From NCBI GenBank assembly GCA_017466275.1, contig JAFTUL010000053.1:6163-70162 (forward strand): a stretch of DNA of 64,000 bases, given 5' to 3'. This DNA comes from Clostridia bacterium (GTDB taxonomy: Bacteria; Bacillota; Clostridia; UMGS1883). Positions within the stretch are counted from its first letter, which is position 1, and each line of letters starts with the position of its first letter. Below are positions 28,063 to 35,785 of this stretch, one piece after another. The position numbers and the translations under genes are program-made. The notes below the pieces were generated by a model that searched no databases, was not told the DNA's origin, and saw only the letters and a list, made by a program, of their open reading frames with translations.

Positions 28063-29106
28063 ATGAACGAAATAATAATTAAAGTCAGCGGACAGTTTAT
28101 TTCAAAAAACAGTAAAAATGCAGGTGCAGCAGGAGAAGCAAATTCCTGCAGTATAAAATTCTGTTTTGACGACAGTTGGGCAGGATTTTCCAAAAGGGTT
28201 CTCTGGCGTGACAGCAAGGGAGAAAATCTTACAAGCGTAATCCTTGTTCCCGACATAGAAAATCAAAGTGAGTATAACAGTATCATTCCTGCCTGCATTA
28301 CAAAGGCTTCGGGCTGGTGTACATTCACGGTAGAGGGATATTTTGAATCAAATCCTGACATTGTAAATAAGTCAGTCAGCGACAGCCTTTTTATCGGATA
28401 TTCGGATCTAAGTGATGAGATTGTTCCCATAAGTCCGAGTGAGGCTATGCAGCTTCAGAGTGAATTTGAAACTTTAATGCCACGAGTAAAAAGTCTGATG
28501 GAGGAAACGCAAAGCGGTATAGAGTCCTTTTGTGAGAATCATAACGTTTGGGAGAATTACAACATTGACGCTGTGTATAAAGCAGGAAACAAGGTCTTTT
28601 ATAAAGGTTGTTCGTATGTTTGCATCAAAGAAAATCAGGGAGCATCACCCGAAAACAGTGATTGCTGGCAGATAATTGCAGACCGCGGACAGCGTGGGCA
28701 GAAAGGTAATCAGGGACCACAGGGTATTACTGGAGAAAGAGGAGAAAAAGGGGATAAGGGTGAAAAAGGCGATAAAGGAGATAAAGGCGATAGAGGTGAC
28801 AAGGGAGATAGAGGCATAAACGGAAGTATCGTTCCGTCTAACGGCTTTTACACCTTCAGCGTGGATGAAAACGGGGATTTGTGGCTTCATTATCCCGATT
28901 CTGCAAATAAGCCGGAAGTAACGCTCGATGGAAACGGAGAACTCATTTTGACTGTTGATGGGGAAACCGCTTACTCATTTAATCTTGGCATGGTAAAGGG
29001 TGAGAAAGGTGATTTGCCCAAAAAAGGAGTAGATTACTGGACGGAAAACGATAAAGCTGAAATAAAAGCTTATGTAGAAGATGCTATTTTAGGAGGTGCG
29101 TGGTAA
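28063..29106 (+). CDS. Tail-fibre-like protein with collagen tract and CBM5/12-like carbohydrate-binding motif
   Basis: The ATG at 28063 follows AAAGGAG. G-X-Y tract GQRGQKGNQGPQGITGERGEKGDKGEKGDKGDKGDRGDKGDRGINGS (nt 28687-28824), preceded by a W...Y..G..V.Y.G..Y......G..P.....W pattern. Confidence 0.7.
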   Translation: MNEIIIKVSGQFISKNSKNAGAAGEANSCSIKFCFDDSWAGFSKRVLWRDSKGENLTSVILVPDIENQSEYNSIIPACITKASGWCTFTVEGYFESNPDIVNKSVSDSLFIGYSDLSDEIVPISPSEAMQLQSEFETLMPRVKSLMEETQSGIESFCENHNVWENYNIDAVYKAGNKVFYKGCSYVCIKENQGASPENSDCWQIIADRGQRGQKGNQGPQGITGERGEKGDKGEKGDKGDKGDRGDKGDRGINGSIVPSNGFYTFSVDENGDLWLHYPDSANKPEVTLDGNGELILTVDGETAYSFNLGMVKGEKGDLPKKGVDYWTENDKAEIKAYVEDAILGGAW

Positions 29107-29927
29107 TGAGCGTTAACGAAAAAATGACAGCTATTGCCGATAATATCCGTGATAAGACAGGTGGCACAGAAATTCTTACCCTTGACGAGATGGCAAACGG
29201 TATAAATGAAGTATACGAAGCAGGGAAGCGGAAAGAATGGTCGGATTTTTGGGATGCATATCAGAATTACGGCCAAAGAGACAATTATCGTTATGGTTTT
29301 TATTTTTTTTATAGCAGTACAGACCCCGAACATTTTTGGACTGACGAAAATTTCAAACCTAAGTACGATATAAAACCTAACAACATTGCAGAGCATATGT
29401 TTGACGCTTGTGGTTTTACAGACCTTAAGGGAATTTTAGAAAAACAAGGAGTTGTATTAGATACATCAAGTGCAACAAATCTTCAATATGCATTTGCAAA
29501 CTGTACTTACTTAACAAGAGTTCCTGTTATAGATGTGTCAAAGAGTAAAAATGCGAATGTAATACAATATCTTTTTCAGTTTTGCAATAGTCTGGAATAC
29601 GTTGAAAAACTAATAATCCCAAGCACAGTCGATACCTCATTTTTTTCTGTGTTTAACGGTTGCTACAAGCTTAAAGAAGTTCGTATTGAGGGAGTAATAG
29701 CAACGAGCATTTCTTTTACCGGTACGAAGTATCTGTCTGTTGAAAGTATGAAAAGCGTAATATCTTGTTTAAAGAATTATGCAGGAACGACAAAAGAGCA
29801 TACATATACAGTAACTTTCAAGGCAGTAGTATTTGAAGCATTAGAAGCATTAGGAGAAACACCTCCAAGCGGAAACACATGGGCAGAACATATTGATAAC
29901 CTTAAATGGAATCTTACTTTATCATAA
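29106..29927 (+). CDS. Fibre/receptor-binding-like protein with BspA-type leucine-rich repeats
   Basis: N-terminus MSVNEKMTAIADNIRDKTGG, as seen in clostridial prophage fibre proteins. C-terminal repeats resemble BspA LRRs. Confidence 0.55.
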   Translation: MSVNEKMTAIADNIRDKTGGTEILTLDEMANGINEVYEAGKRKEWSDFWDAYQNYGQRDNYRYGFYFFYSSTDPEHFWTDENFKPKYDIKPNNIAEHMFDACGFTDLKGILEKQGVVLDTSSATNLQYAFANCTYLTRVPVIDVSKSKNANVIQYLFQFCNSLEYVEKLIIPSTVDTSFFSVFNGCYKLKEVRIEGVIATSISFTGTKYLSVESMKSVISCLKNYAGTTKEHTYTVTFKAVVFEALEALGETPPSGNTWAEHIDNLKWNLTLS

Positions 29928-29942
29928 GGGGGGGGTAAATAA

Positions 29943-30191
29943 ATGTACAGAAAAGTTAAGGCAAAGCTTGAAAACACTATATTTGAAGCAAGAGAAGAAA
30001 ACGGAAGAATCTTATCCTATCGCATAAGTCCTGCTGAGGGATACAAGCTTCACGAAATAACACTTGATGAATGCGTTAATGAAATAGGAGAAATAAAACC
30101 TGGATTTACAAAATCCTATATAACTGCAGGAGCAGGATACGATTTTGAAAAAAATGAAAGACAGATTTATGCAGAGGAGGTGAAAGAATGA
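29943..30191 (+). CDS. Hypothetical phage protein
   Basis: 82 aa located between the fibre and holin genes. 4-nt overlap with the holin. Confidence 0.45.
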   Translation: MYRKVKAKLENTIFEAREENGRILSYRISPAEGYKLHEITLDECVNEIGEIKPGFTKSYITAGAGYDFEKNERQIYAEEVKE

Positions 30192-30616
30192 ACACCACAA
30201 TAAAAAATACCATCCTTGCTGTCTGTGCAGGGATGGGAAGTGTGTTGGCAGAAGCTTTTGGAGGTTGGGATTCTTTTTTAAAGGCATTGGTTCTTTTTAT
30301 GGTTGCAGATTACATAACGGGGATGACCGTTGCCCTTGTTTTTCACAAATCGGGAAAAACAAAAAACGGAGGTGCCTCAAGTGCGGTAGGGTTTAAAGGT
30401 ATTGTTAAAAAGCTATGCATCTTTTTCCTTGTGGCTTTGGCTGTAAGGGTTGATTTAATTACGGGCACAAGTTACGTGCGTAATGCTACAATATTCTTTT
30501 TCTTAGGTAATGAGGGACTCAGTGTTATTGAAAATATCGGGCGTATGGGGGTTAAGTATCCGGCATTTTTAAAGAAAGCTCTGGAAACCTTAAAAGAGAA
30601 AAATGAAGAAACATAA
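30188..30616 (+). CDS. Phage holin (holin_4_1 / toxin-secretion type)
   Basis: 142 aa with 3 predicted TM segments and a charged C-terminus. Located directly upstream of the amidase. Confidence 0.7.
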   Translation: MNTTIKNTILAVCAGMGSVLAEAFGGWDSFLKALVLFMVADYITGMTVALVFHKSGKTKNGGASSAVGFKGIVKKLCIFFLVALAVRVDLITGTSYVRNATIFFFLGNEGLSVIENIGRMGVKYPAFLKKALETLKEKNEET

Positions 30617-30659
30617 TTTCTGAAATTAAACATATTATGTACAAGGAAGGATTGATAAA

Positions 30660-31406
30660 ATGAGTGAGTTTAAAAAATACAATATAGAAGAATTTGATAA
30701 ATACATAACCTCGCTTAATGTTTCACGTGGGATAAAGCTTGTTCAGCTTCATCATACATATGTCCCCAGTTATAAGCAGTTTACAGGGAACAATCATATT
30801 CAGTTGCAGACGGGAATGAGAAATTACCACATAAATACCAACGGCTGGTCAGACATAGCACAGCATTTTACGATTTTCCCTGACGGTGCAATAGTGACGG
30901 GAAGAAGTGTGGAAATGATTCCTGCAGGCATAAAGGGGGCAAATGCAGGTGCCATATGTATAGAGTGTGTGGGGAATTTTGATGCGGGCGGAGATGTGAT
31001 GAGAAAAGAACAGAAAGATGCAATCGTAAGCGTTGTAAAAATCCTTATGCATAAATTTTCTCTTCAGCCTGAAAACGCAATTGTGTATCACGGATGGTGG
31101 ACCGCATCGGGCAAGAAACTGGGTGATTATACAAAAGGTAAATCCGCCAAAACCTGCCCCGGTACAAATTTCTTCGGGGGAAATACAAGAAAGGCATTTG
31201 AGGAGAATTTGCTTCCGCTTGTTGCCGGTTATGAAAAGAAAACAAAGAAAATGCTGGAAACTGCAAATGATATTACATGGGAATTAAACCATACTTACTT
31301 TCCCATTGATGATGTTGATAGATTCAAGAAAATTCTTGACGAAGCAAAAAAAGAAAACAATCCTTTGTATTGGGGCTATTATAAGCTTGTGAACAGAATA
31401 AAGTAA
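30660..31406 (+). CDS. N-acetylmuramoyl-L-alanine amidase endolysin (Amidase_2/PGRP-like)
   Basis: 248 aa. Motifs LVQLHHT and ...CPG... are consistent with Amidase_2. Follows the holin. Confidence 0.75.
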   Translation: MSEFKKYNIEEFDKYITSLNVSRGIKLVQLHHTYVPSYKQFTGNNHIQLQTGMRNYHINTNGWSDIAQHFTIFPDGAIVTGRSVEMIPAGIKGANAGAICIECVGNFDAGGDVMRKEQKDAIVSVVKILMHKFSLQPENAIVYHGWWTASGKKLGDYTKGKSAKTCPGTNFFGGNTRKAFEENLLPLVAGYEKKTKKMLETANDITWELNHTYFPIDDVDRFKKILDEAKKENNPLYWGYYKLVNRIK

Positions 31407-31421
31407 ATATTTATAAACAAC

Positions 31422-31459
31422 AAAAAACAGCACCTACTTAAATGTAGATGCTGTTTTTT
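31422..31459 (+). terminator. Intrinsic terminator after the endolysin
   Basis: CAGCACCTAC-ttaaat-GTAGATGCTG followed by TTTTTT. Confidence 0.8.
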
Positions 31460-31511
31460 ATCGCCTTTAGGATGGTGCAATAGATAGAATCCAAGGTAAA
31501 ATTACGAACAC

Positions 31512-31549
31512 AAAAAAATAAGAACCACCAAAAGGTGATTCTTATTTTT
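31512..31549 (-). terminator. Terminator of the tRNA operon
   Basis: AATAAGAACCACC-aaaa-GGTGATTCTTATT. The A7 on the plus strand gives a U-tract on the minus strand. Confidence 0.7.
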
Positions 31550-31550
31550 A

Positions 31551-31626
31551 TGGTGCGCCATCAGGGACTCGAACCCTGGACACCCTGATTAAGAGTCAGA
31601 TGCTCTACCAACTGAGCTAATGGCAC
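31551..31626 (-). tRNA. tRNA-Lys (anticodon CTT)
   Basis: The reverse complement folds as a cloverleaf: GTGCCATTAGCTCAGTTGGTAGAGC...CTCTTAA...GGTTCGAGTCC...CACCA. CCA is encoded. Confidence 0.9.
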
Positions 31627-31631
31627 AAATA

Positions 31632-31707
31632 TGGAGCTGCCCAGCAGATTCGAACTGCCGACCTCTTCCTTACCAAGGAAGTGCTCTGCCAACTGAGCTA
31701 GGGCAGC
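31632..31707 (-). tRNA. tRNA-Thr (anticodon GGT)
   Basis: Reverse complement GCTGCCCTAGCTCAGTTGGCAGAGC, anticodon loop TTGGTAA, T-arm GGTTCGAATC. CCA is encoded. Confidence 0.9.
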
Positions 31708-31712
31708 AAAAT

Positions 31713-31789
31713 TGGCGACCCGGAAGGGGCTCGAACCCTCGACCTCCAGCGTGACAGGCTGGCGTTCTAACCAACTGAACTACCGGGCC
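31713..31789 (-). tRNA. tRNA-Asp (anticodon GTC)
   Basis: Reverse complement GGCCCGGTAGTTCAGTTGGTTAGAAC, anticodon loop CTGTCAC, T-arm GGTTCGAGCCC. CCA is encoded. Confidence 0.9.
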
Positions 31790-31850
31790 GGATATGTCGT
31801 CACGTCAGATGCCGATGCGTCTATGCACTTGTTATCCGCTGACTTGACAT

Positions 31851-31879
31851 ATTATACTTGTTTTATATCGGTTTGTCAA
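31851..31879 (-). promoter_or_regulatory. Consensus promoter of the tRNA operon
   Basis: On the minus strand: TTGACA (31879-31874), 17 nt, TATAAT (31856-31851). Confidence 0.7.
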
Positions 31880-31996
31880 GAGGTTTTTTTAAAAACTTTT
31901 AAAAAAGTTTTAACCTCGAGTGTAAACCGTGTTTCTGCTTGAATTTTATTTACAGACGTTGTATAATAATACATAAGTATTATAAGGGGGCAAATT

Positions 31997-32272
31997 ATGA
32001 AAAACAACTATGCCTACTTTCAAAATAAAGATTGCGAATATTACCCCTGCCACAAGGCGGAGGGGGAGGATTTTAACTGCCTTTTCTGCTTCTGCCCGCT
32101 TTATGCTATGGGCAGAGAGTGCGGAGGTAACTTCACTTATACTGAAGACGGGATAAAGGATTGCAGTGCTTGTACAATTCCACACAGTAAAGACGGATAT
32201 GATTATATCGTAAAGAAATGTCCTGAAATCATTAAAAAAATCAAGGAAGAAGCTGATAACGGTGAATTATAA
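31997..32272 (+). CDS. Cysteine-rich small domain protein (putative metal-binding)
   Basis: 91 aa with 10 Cys, including CEYYPCH and CLFCFCP. Confidence 0.7.
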   Translation: MKNNYAYFQNKDCEYYPCHKAEGEDFNCLFCFCPLYAMGRECGGNFTYTEDGIKDCSACTIPHSKDGYDYIVKKCPEIIKKIKEEADNGEL

Positions 32273-33038
32273 TTACCATACACACACAGCCTTTTGCGGT
32301 CATGCAACAGGGGAAATATCAGAATATATACAAAAAGCCGTAGAAAGCGGAATTATCCATATGGGATTTTCCGACCATGCCCCTTACTTTTTTGCTGATG
32401 ACAAAGCCACAGGAAAAAGAATGACAAGCACCGAGGCGAGGGAGTACGTTGCTTCAATCCGCAGACTACGAGAGCTTTATAAGAATAAGATAGATATAAA
32501 AATTGGCTTTGAAATGGAGTACTATCCTGATAAGTTCCAGGATATGCTGAACTTTGTAAAGAGCCTCGGTGCTGAATATCTCATCCTTGGTCAGCACTAT
32601 ATGAGGGGAATTTTTACAGGCGGTTATCATGTAATAAACGGTAAAGCTACCGACGAAGACCTCATAAACTATGTAAGGGATGTTATCACGGCAATGGAAA
32701 GCGGTGTTTTCACTTATGTAGCACATCCCGATATGATAAACTATCTTGGTGACGAATCACTTTACGAAAAGGAAATGCGTAAGCTTTGCATAGCATCAAA
32801 AAGGACAAATACACCCCTTGAAATTAATTGTCAGGGGATTCGGGAGGAAAGAATTTATCCTGCCGAGAGATTCTGGAAAATTGCAGGGGAGGTGGGCTGT
32901 CCCGTTACAATAGGACTCGATGCCCATAGTGCCGATACGGCAGGTGACAAAGAATCGGAGGAAAAAGCACAGAAGCTTATCAATAAATACAATCTTAATT
33001 ACATTGGAAAACCCAACCTGATACCAATTCAGGAATAA
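32262..33038 (+). CDS. hisK: PHP-family histidinol-phosphatase (HisJ/HisK type)
   Basis: N-terminus NYHTHTAFCGHA and later SDHAP. GTG start overlaps the upstream gene by 11 nt. Confidence 0.75.
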   Translation: MNYNYHTHTAFCGHATGEISEYIQKAVESGIIHMGFSDHAPYFFADDKATGKRMTSTEAREYVASIRRLRELYKNKIDIKIGFEMEYYPDKFQDMLNFVKSLGAEYLILGQHYMRGIFTGGYHVINGKATDEDLINYVRDVITAMESGVFTYVAHPDMINYLGDESLYEKEMRKLCIASKRTNTPLEINCQGIREERIYPAERFWKIAGEVGCPVTIGLDAHSADTAGDKESEEKAQKLINKYNLNYIGKPNLIPIQE

Positions 33039-33122
33039 AATGTAAAATTATGTTTTAATGTTGAAATATTTGTAAATTTCTGTTATAATAAGCAAAGCAT
33101 TTCAATTTTCGGAGGGATAAAA

Positions 33123-33989
33123 ATGAGAAAATGGGGAGACAGATATGATGCCTACCGTATACGCAATATAGACGGTGTTCATCATTATATGGCATACCTT
33201 ATGCCGAAGAGAACCGATGCGGAGGTTTATATTAACGAGAAAATAGATGTTACAGAGCTTCTTTCTTATATAAAAGAGAAAAATTTGTCAGGGGAAAGAA
33301 AGGTAACAATTTTCCACTGTGTAATTGCTGCCGTAGCACGAACAGTCAAGATGCGTCCCCTTTTAAACCGTTACATTTCGGGAAAGCGTTATTATATGCG
33401 TCACGACATTTCCCTTGGCTTTACAATAAAGAAAAAGTTTGAGGACCACGCAGAGGAATCTCTTATGATATATAAGCCCAAGGATGATGAAAACCTCTGT
33501 GCGATAACCGACAGACTCACACCCCACGTGAAAGAGGCAAAGAAAGAAAACAGCGGAAGAAGTGTTGACAATATCTTAAATATTGTCAAGAAATTCCCCA
33601 AGTGGTTTATGAATCTTTTTATGTGGTTTATGAATTTTGCTGATTCTCACGGCTTTATGCCCAAGGCGTTCAGCAGTGTGGATATAAATTACTGCACGGT
33701 GCTTCTTTCAAATCTCGGTAGCATCAAGTGTGATGCAGTATATCACCATCTTAATAATTTCGGAACAAACGGTGTTGTTATAACTATCGGTGAGGTACAT
33801 AAGGAGAACGTCATTGACGAAAACGGAGTTTCTCAGGTGCGTGACGTTATGAGCATAGGTGTTACTTTAGATGAGCGAATTGCGGACGGATTTTATTTTG
33901 CACGCAGTCTTAAACTCATAAAGCATCTGTTTAAAAATCCGCACCTGCTTGACAAAACATTAGGGGAGGAAATTGACTTTGAATTCTGA
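33123..33989 (+). CDS. 2-oxoacid dehydrogenase E2-type acyltransferase, catalytic domain only (CAT-like fold)
   Basis: 288 aa. A C-terminal DERIADG-type motif (H replaced by E) resembling the E2 active-site DHRxxDG. No lipoyl domain. Confidence 0.6.
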   Translation: MRKWGDRYDAYRIRNIDGVHHYMAYLMPKRTDAEVYINEKIDVTELLSYIKEKNLSGERKVTIFHCVIAAVARTVKMRPLLNRYISGKRYYMRHDISLGFTIKKKFEDHAEESLMIYKPKDDENLCAITDRLTPHVKEAKKENSGRSVDNILNIVKKFPKWFMNLFMWFMNFADSHGFMPKAFSSVDINYCTVLLSNLGSIKCDAVYHHLNNFGTNGVVITIGEVHKENVIDENGVSQVRDVMSIGVTLDERIADGFYFARSLKLIKHLFKNPHLLDKTLGEEIDFEF

Positions 33990-35679
33990 AGCGAAATGGT
34001 TTAAATTCTACGGGGCTACACCCCATACCTTGGACTACCCCGATATATCTCTTTATAAAATGGTTGAAAATGCAGGAGAGAAATATCCTGAATATACAGC
34101 CTACGACTTTATGGGCAAAAGCTCGACCTACCGCGAATTCCTTAAAGATGTAGATACCTGTGCAAAGGCACTGAGGCAGGAGGGAATAAAAAAGGGTGAT
34201 GCAGTAACTGTATGTCTGCCCAATGTTCCTCAGGCAGTAATTATGTTCTATGCAATTAATAAAATCGGTGCTGTTGCAAGTATGGTGCATCCGCTTTCTG
34301 CAGAAAACGAGATTATGTTTTATATAAACGAGAGTAAAAGCCGTATAGCAATAACTCTCAGCCGTTTTTACAATAAGTTTGAAGCTTTAAAGGGAAGAAC
34401 TCAGCTTGAAAAAGTAATAGTTGCAAAAATTGGTGAAGCACTTCCCACAGTAAAGAGCTTTTTGTATAAATTTGTAGGTCATGAGCCGAATGTAGAGGAA
34501 TCCCCTTGGACAATTTCGTGGCAGAAATTTATGGAAAATGCCAGAAACTGTACGCAGGATATTATCGATGAGGGTAAGGGAGGAGATTCAGCGGCAATTC
34601 TTTTCAGTGGAGGAACAACGGGAACTTCAAAGGGAATACTTCTTACAAACCTTAATTTCAATGCTCTTGCAATGCAGACTGTGGCTATGGCACAGTGCCT
34701 TGAGCCGGGAGATGTGATGCTTTCAATAATGCCTGTTTTCCATGGTTTTGGTCTTGGTGTAGGTATACATACAATGCTTTCAGCAGGTGCAAAATGTGTG
34801 CTTATTCCCCAAATTAATCCCAAGGAATTTCCATCCCTATTCAAAAAACAGAAGCCTAACTATATGGCAGGCGTTCCCACCTTGTTTGAGGCAATCCTCA
34901 GAAACAAGGAAATGGACGGGGTTGACCTCTCCTGTATGAAAGGACTTTTCAGCGGTGGAGATTCACTTTCCATTGAGCTTAAGAAAAAAATGGATAATTT
35001 CCTCAAAGAACACGGCGCAACAATTCAGGTGCAGGAGGGCTACGGAACAACCGAATGTGTAACAGCAAGCTGTCTTACTCCTAACGGACATTACAGAGAG
35101 GGAAGTATCGGTATTCCGTTCCCCGACACATTTTACAAGATTGTGACTCCTGAAACCAATGAGGAAGTAGCACCCAATCAAATGGGTGAAATCTGTATAA
35201 CAGGCCCCACATTGATGAAAGAATACATAAATAATCCCAAGGAAACCTACCAGACTCTCCGTGTGCACGAGGATGGAAAGACATATCTTCATACAGGTGA
35301 CCTTGGTTATATGGACGAGGACGGATTTGTTTACTTCGTTCAGCGACTTAAGAGGATGATTGTAACAAGCGGTTACAATGTATATCCCTCTCAGGTTGAG
35401 AATGTTATTGATGCCCACGAGGCAGTGCTTTTCAGCACGGTTATCGGTGTCAAGGACGACTATAAAATGCAGAGGGTAAAGGCATTTATCGTATTAAAGC
35501 CGGGATTTTCTCCCTCTGATGAAATAAGGGAGTCAATCAAGGCACATTGCAGGAAGAGTATTGCAAAATATGCACTTCCCTCAGAATATGAATTCCGTGA
35601 TAATCTTCCAAAAACATTGGTAGGTAAGGTTGCCTATCGTGAGCTTGAAAAGGAAGAGGAAGAAAAAACAACTGTATAA
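33973..35679 (+). CDS. AMP-dependent synthetase/ligase (acyl-CoA ligase family)
   Basis: AMP-binding motif FSGGTTGTSKG, plus GYGTTE and TGDLG. TTG start (33973 or 33979) overlaps the upstream gene. Confidence 0.85.
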   Translation: MTLNSEAKWFKFYGATPHTLDYPDISLYKMVENAGEKYPEYTAYDFMGKSSTYREFLKDVDTCAKALRQEGIKKGDAVTVCLPNVPQAVIMFYAINKIGAVASMVHPLSAENEIMFYINESKSRIAITLSRFYNKFEALKGRTQLEKVIVAKIGEALPTVKSFLYKFVGHEPNVEESPWTISWQKFMENARNCTQDIIDEGKGGDSAAILFSGGTTGTSKGILLTNLNFNALAMQTVAMAQCLEPGDVMLSIMPVFHGFGLGVGIHTMLSAGAKCVLIPQINPKEFPSLFKKQKPNYMAGVPTLFEAILRNKEMDGVDLSCMKGLFSGGDSLSIELKKKMDNFLKEHGATIQVQEGYGTTECVTASCLTPNGHYREGSIGIPFPDTFYKIVTPETNEEVAPNQMGEICITGPTLMKEYINNPKETYQTLRVHEDGKTYLHTGDLGYMDEDGFVYFVQRLKRMIVTSGYNVYPSQVENVIDAHEAVLFSTVIGVKDDYKMQRVKAFIVLKPGFSPSDEIRESIKAHCRKSIAKYALPSEYEFRDNLPKTLVGKVAYRELEKEEEEKTTV

Positions 35680-35684
35680 CATTA

Positions 35685-35712
35685 AAAGGAGTCTGTCAAG
35701 GCTCCTTTTTTG
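35685..35712 (+). terminator. Intrinsic terminator after the AMP-ligase
   Basis: AAAGGAG-tctgtcaag-CTCCTTT followed by a T-tract. Confidence 0.75.
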
Positions 35713-35713
35713 G

Positions 35714-35742
35714 TTGACAAATGCCAACAAATGGGGTAAAAT
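35714..35742 (+). promoter_or_regulatory. glyQS promoter
   Basis: TTGACA, 17 nt, TAAAAT. The short leader leaves no room for a T-box. Confidence 0.6.
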
Positions 35743-35785
35743 ATAGGATAATGGAAAAATATTATTTTTTAGGGAGGCACCATTG

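Larger units (their letters stand above)
14272..31406. mobile_element. Phage-derived cluster: repressor switch, head, short-tail/fibre and lysis genes. No integrase or replication module is detectable (defective prophage or domesticated particle locus).
   Basis: Contiguous phage-type genes lie between capA and a tRNA operon. See the individual CDS calls and the findings. Confidence 0.85.

Noticed and set aside
28687-28824. Short-period DNA repeats that look like an array (also 21246-21338)
   Set aside because: The 9-bp periodicity is the coding signature of G-X-Y collagen triplets inside intact ORFs. It is not a CRISPR or non-coding tandem array. No CRISPR array exists in the window.
35680-35785. 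T-box riboswitch upstream of glyQS (and of gltX at 11455-11470)
   Set aside because: The glyQS leader is only about 40 nt after a TTGACA-17-TAAAAT promoter. gltX starts 16 nt after the preceding gene. There is no room for a T-box and no T-box sequence.
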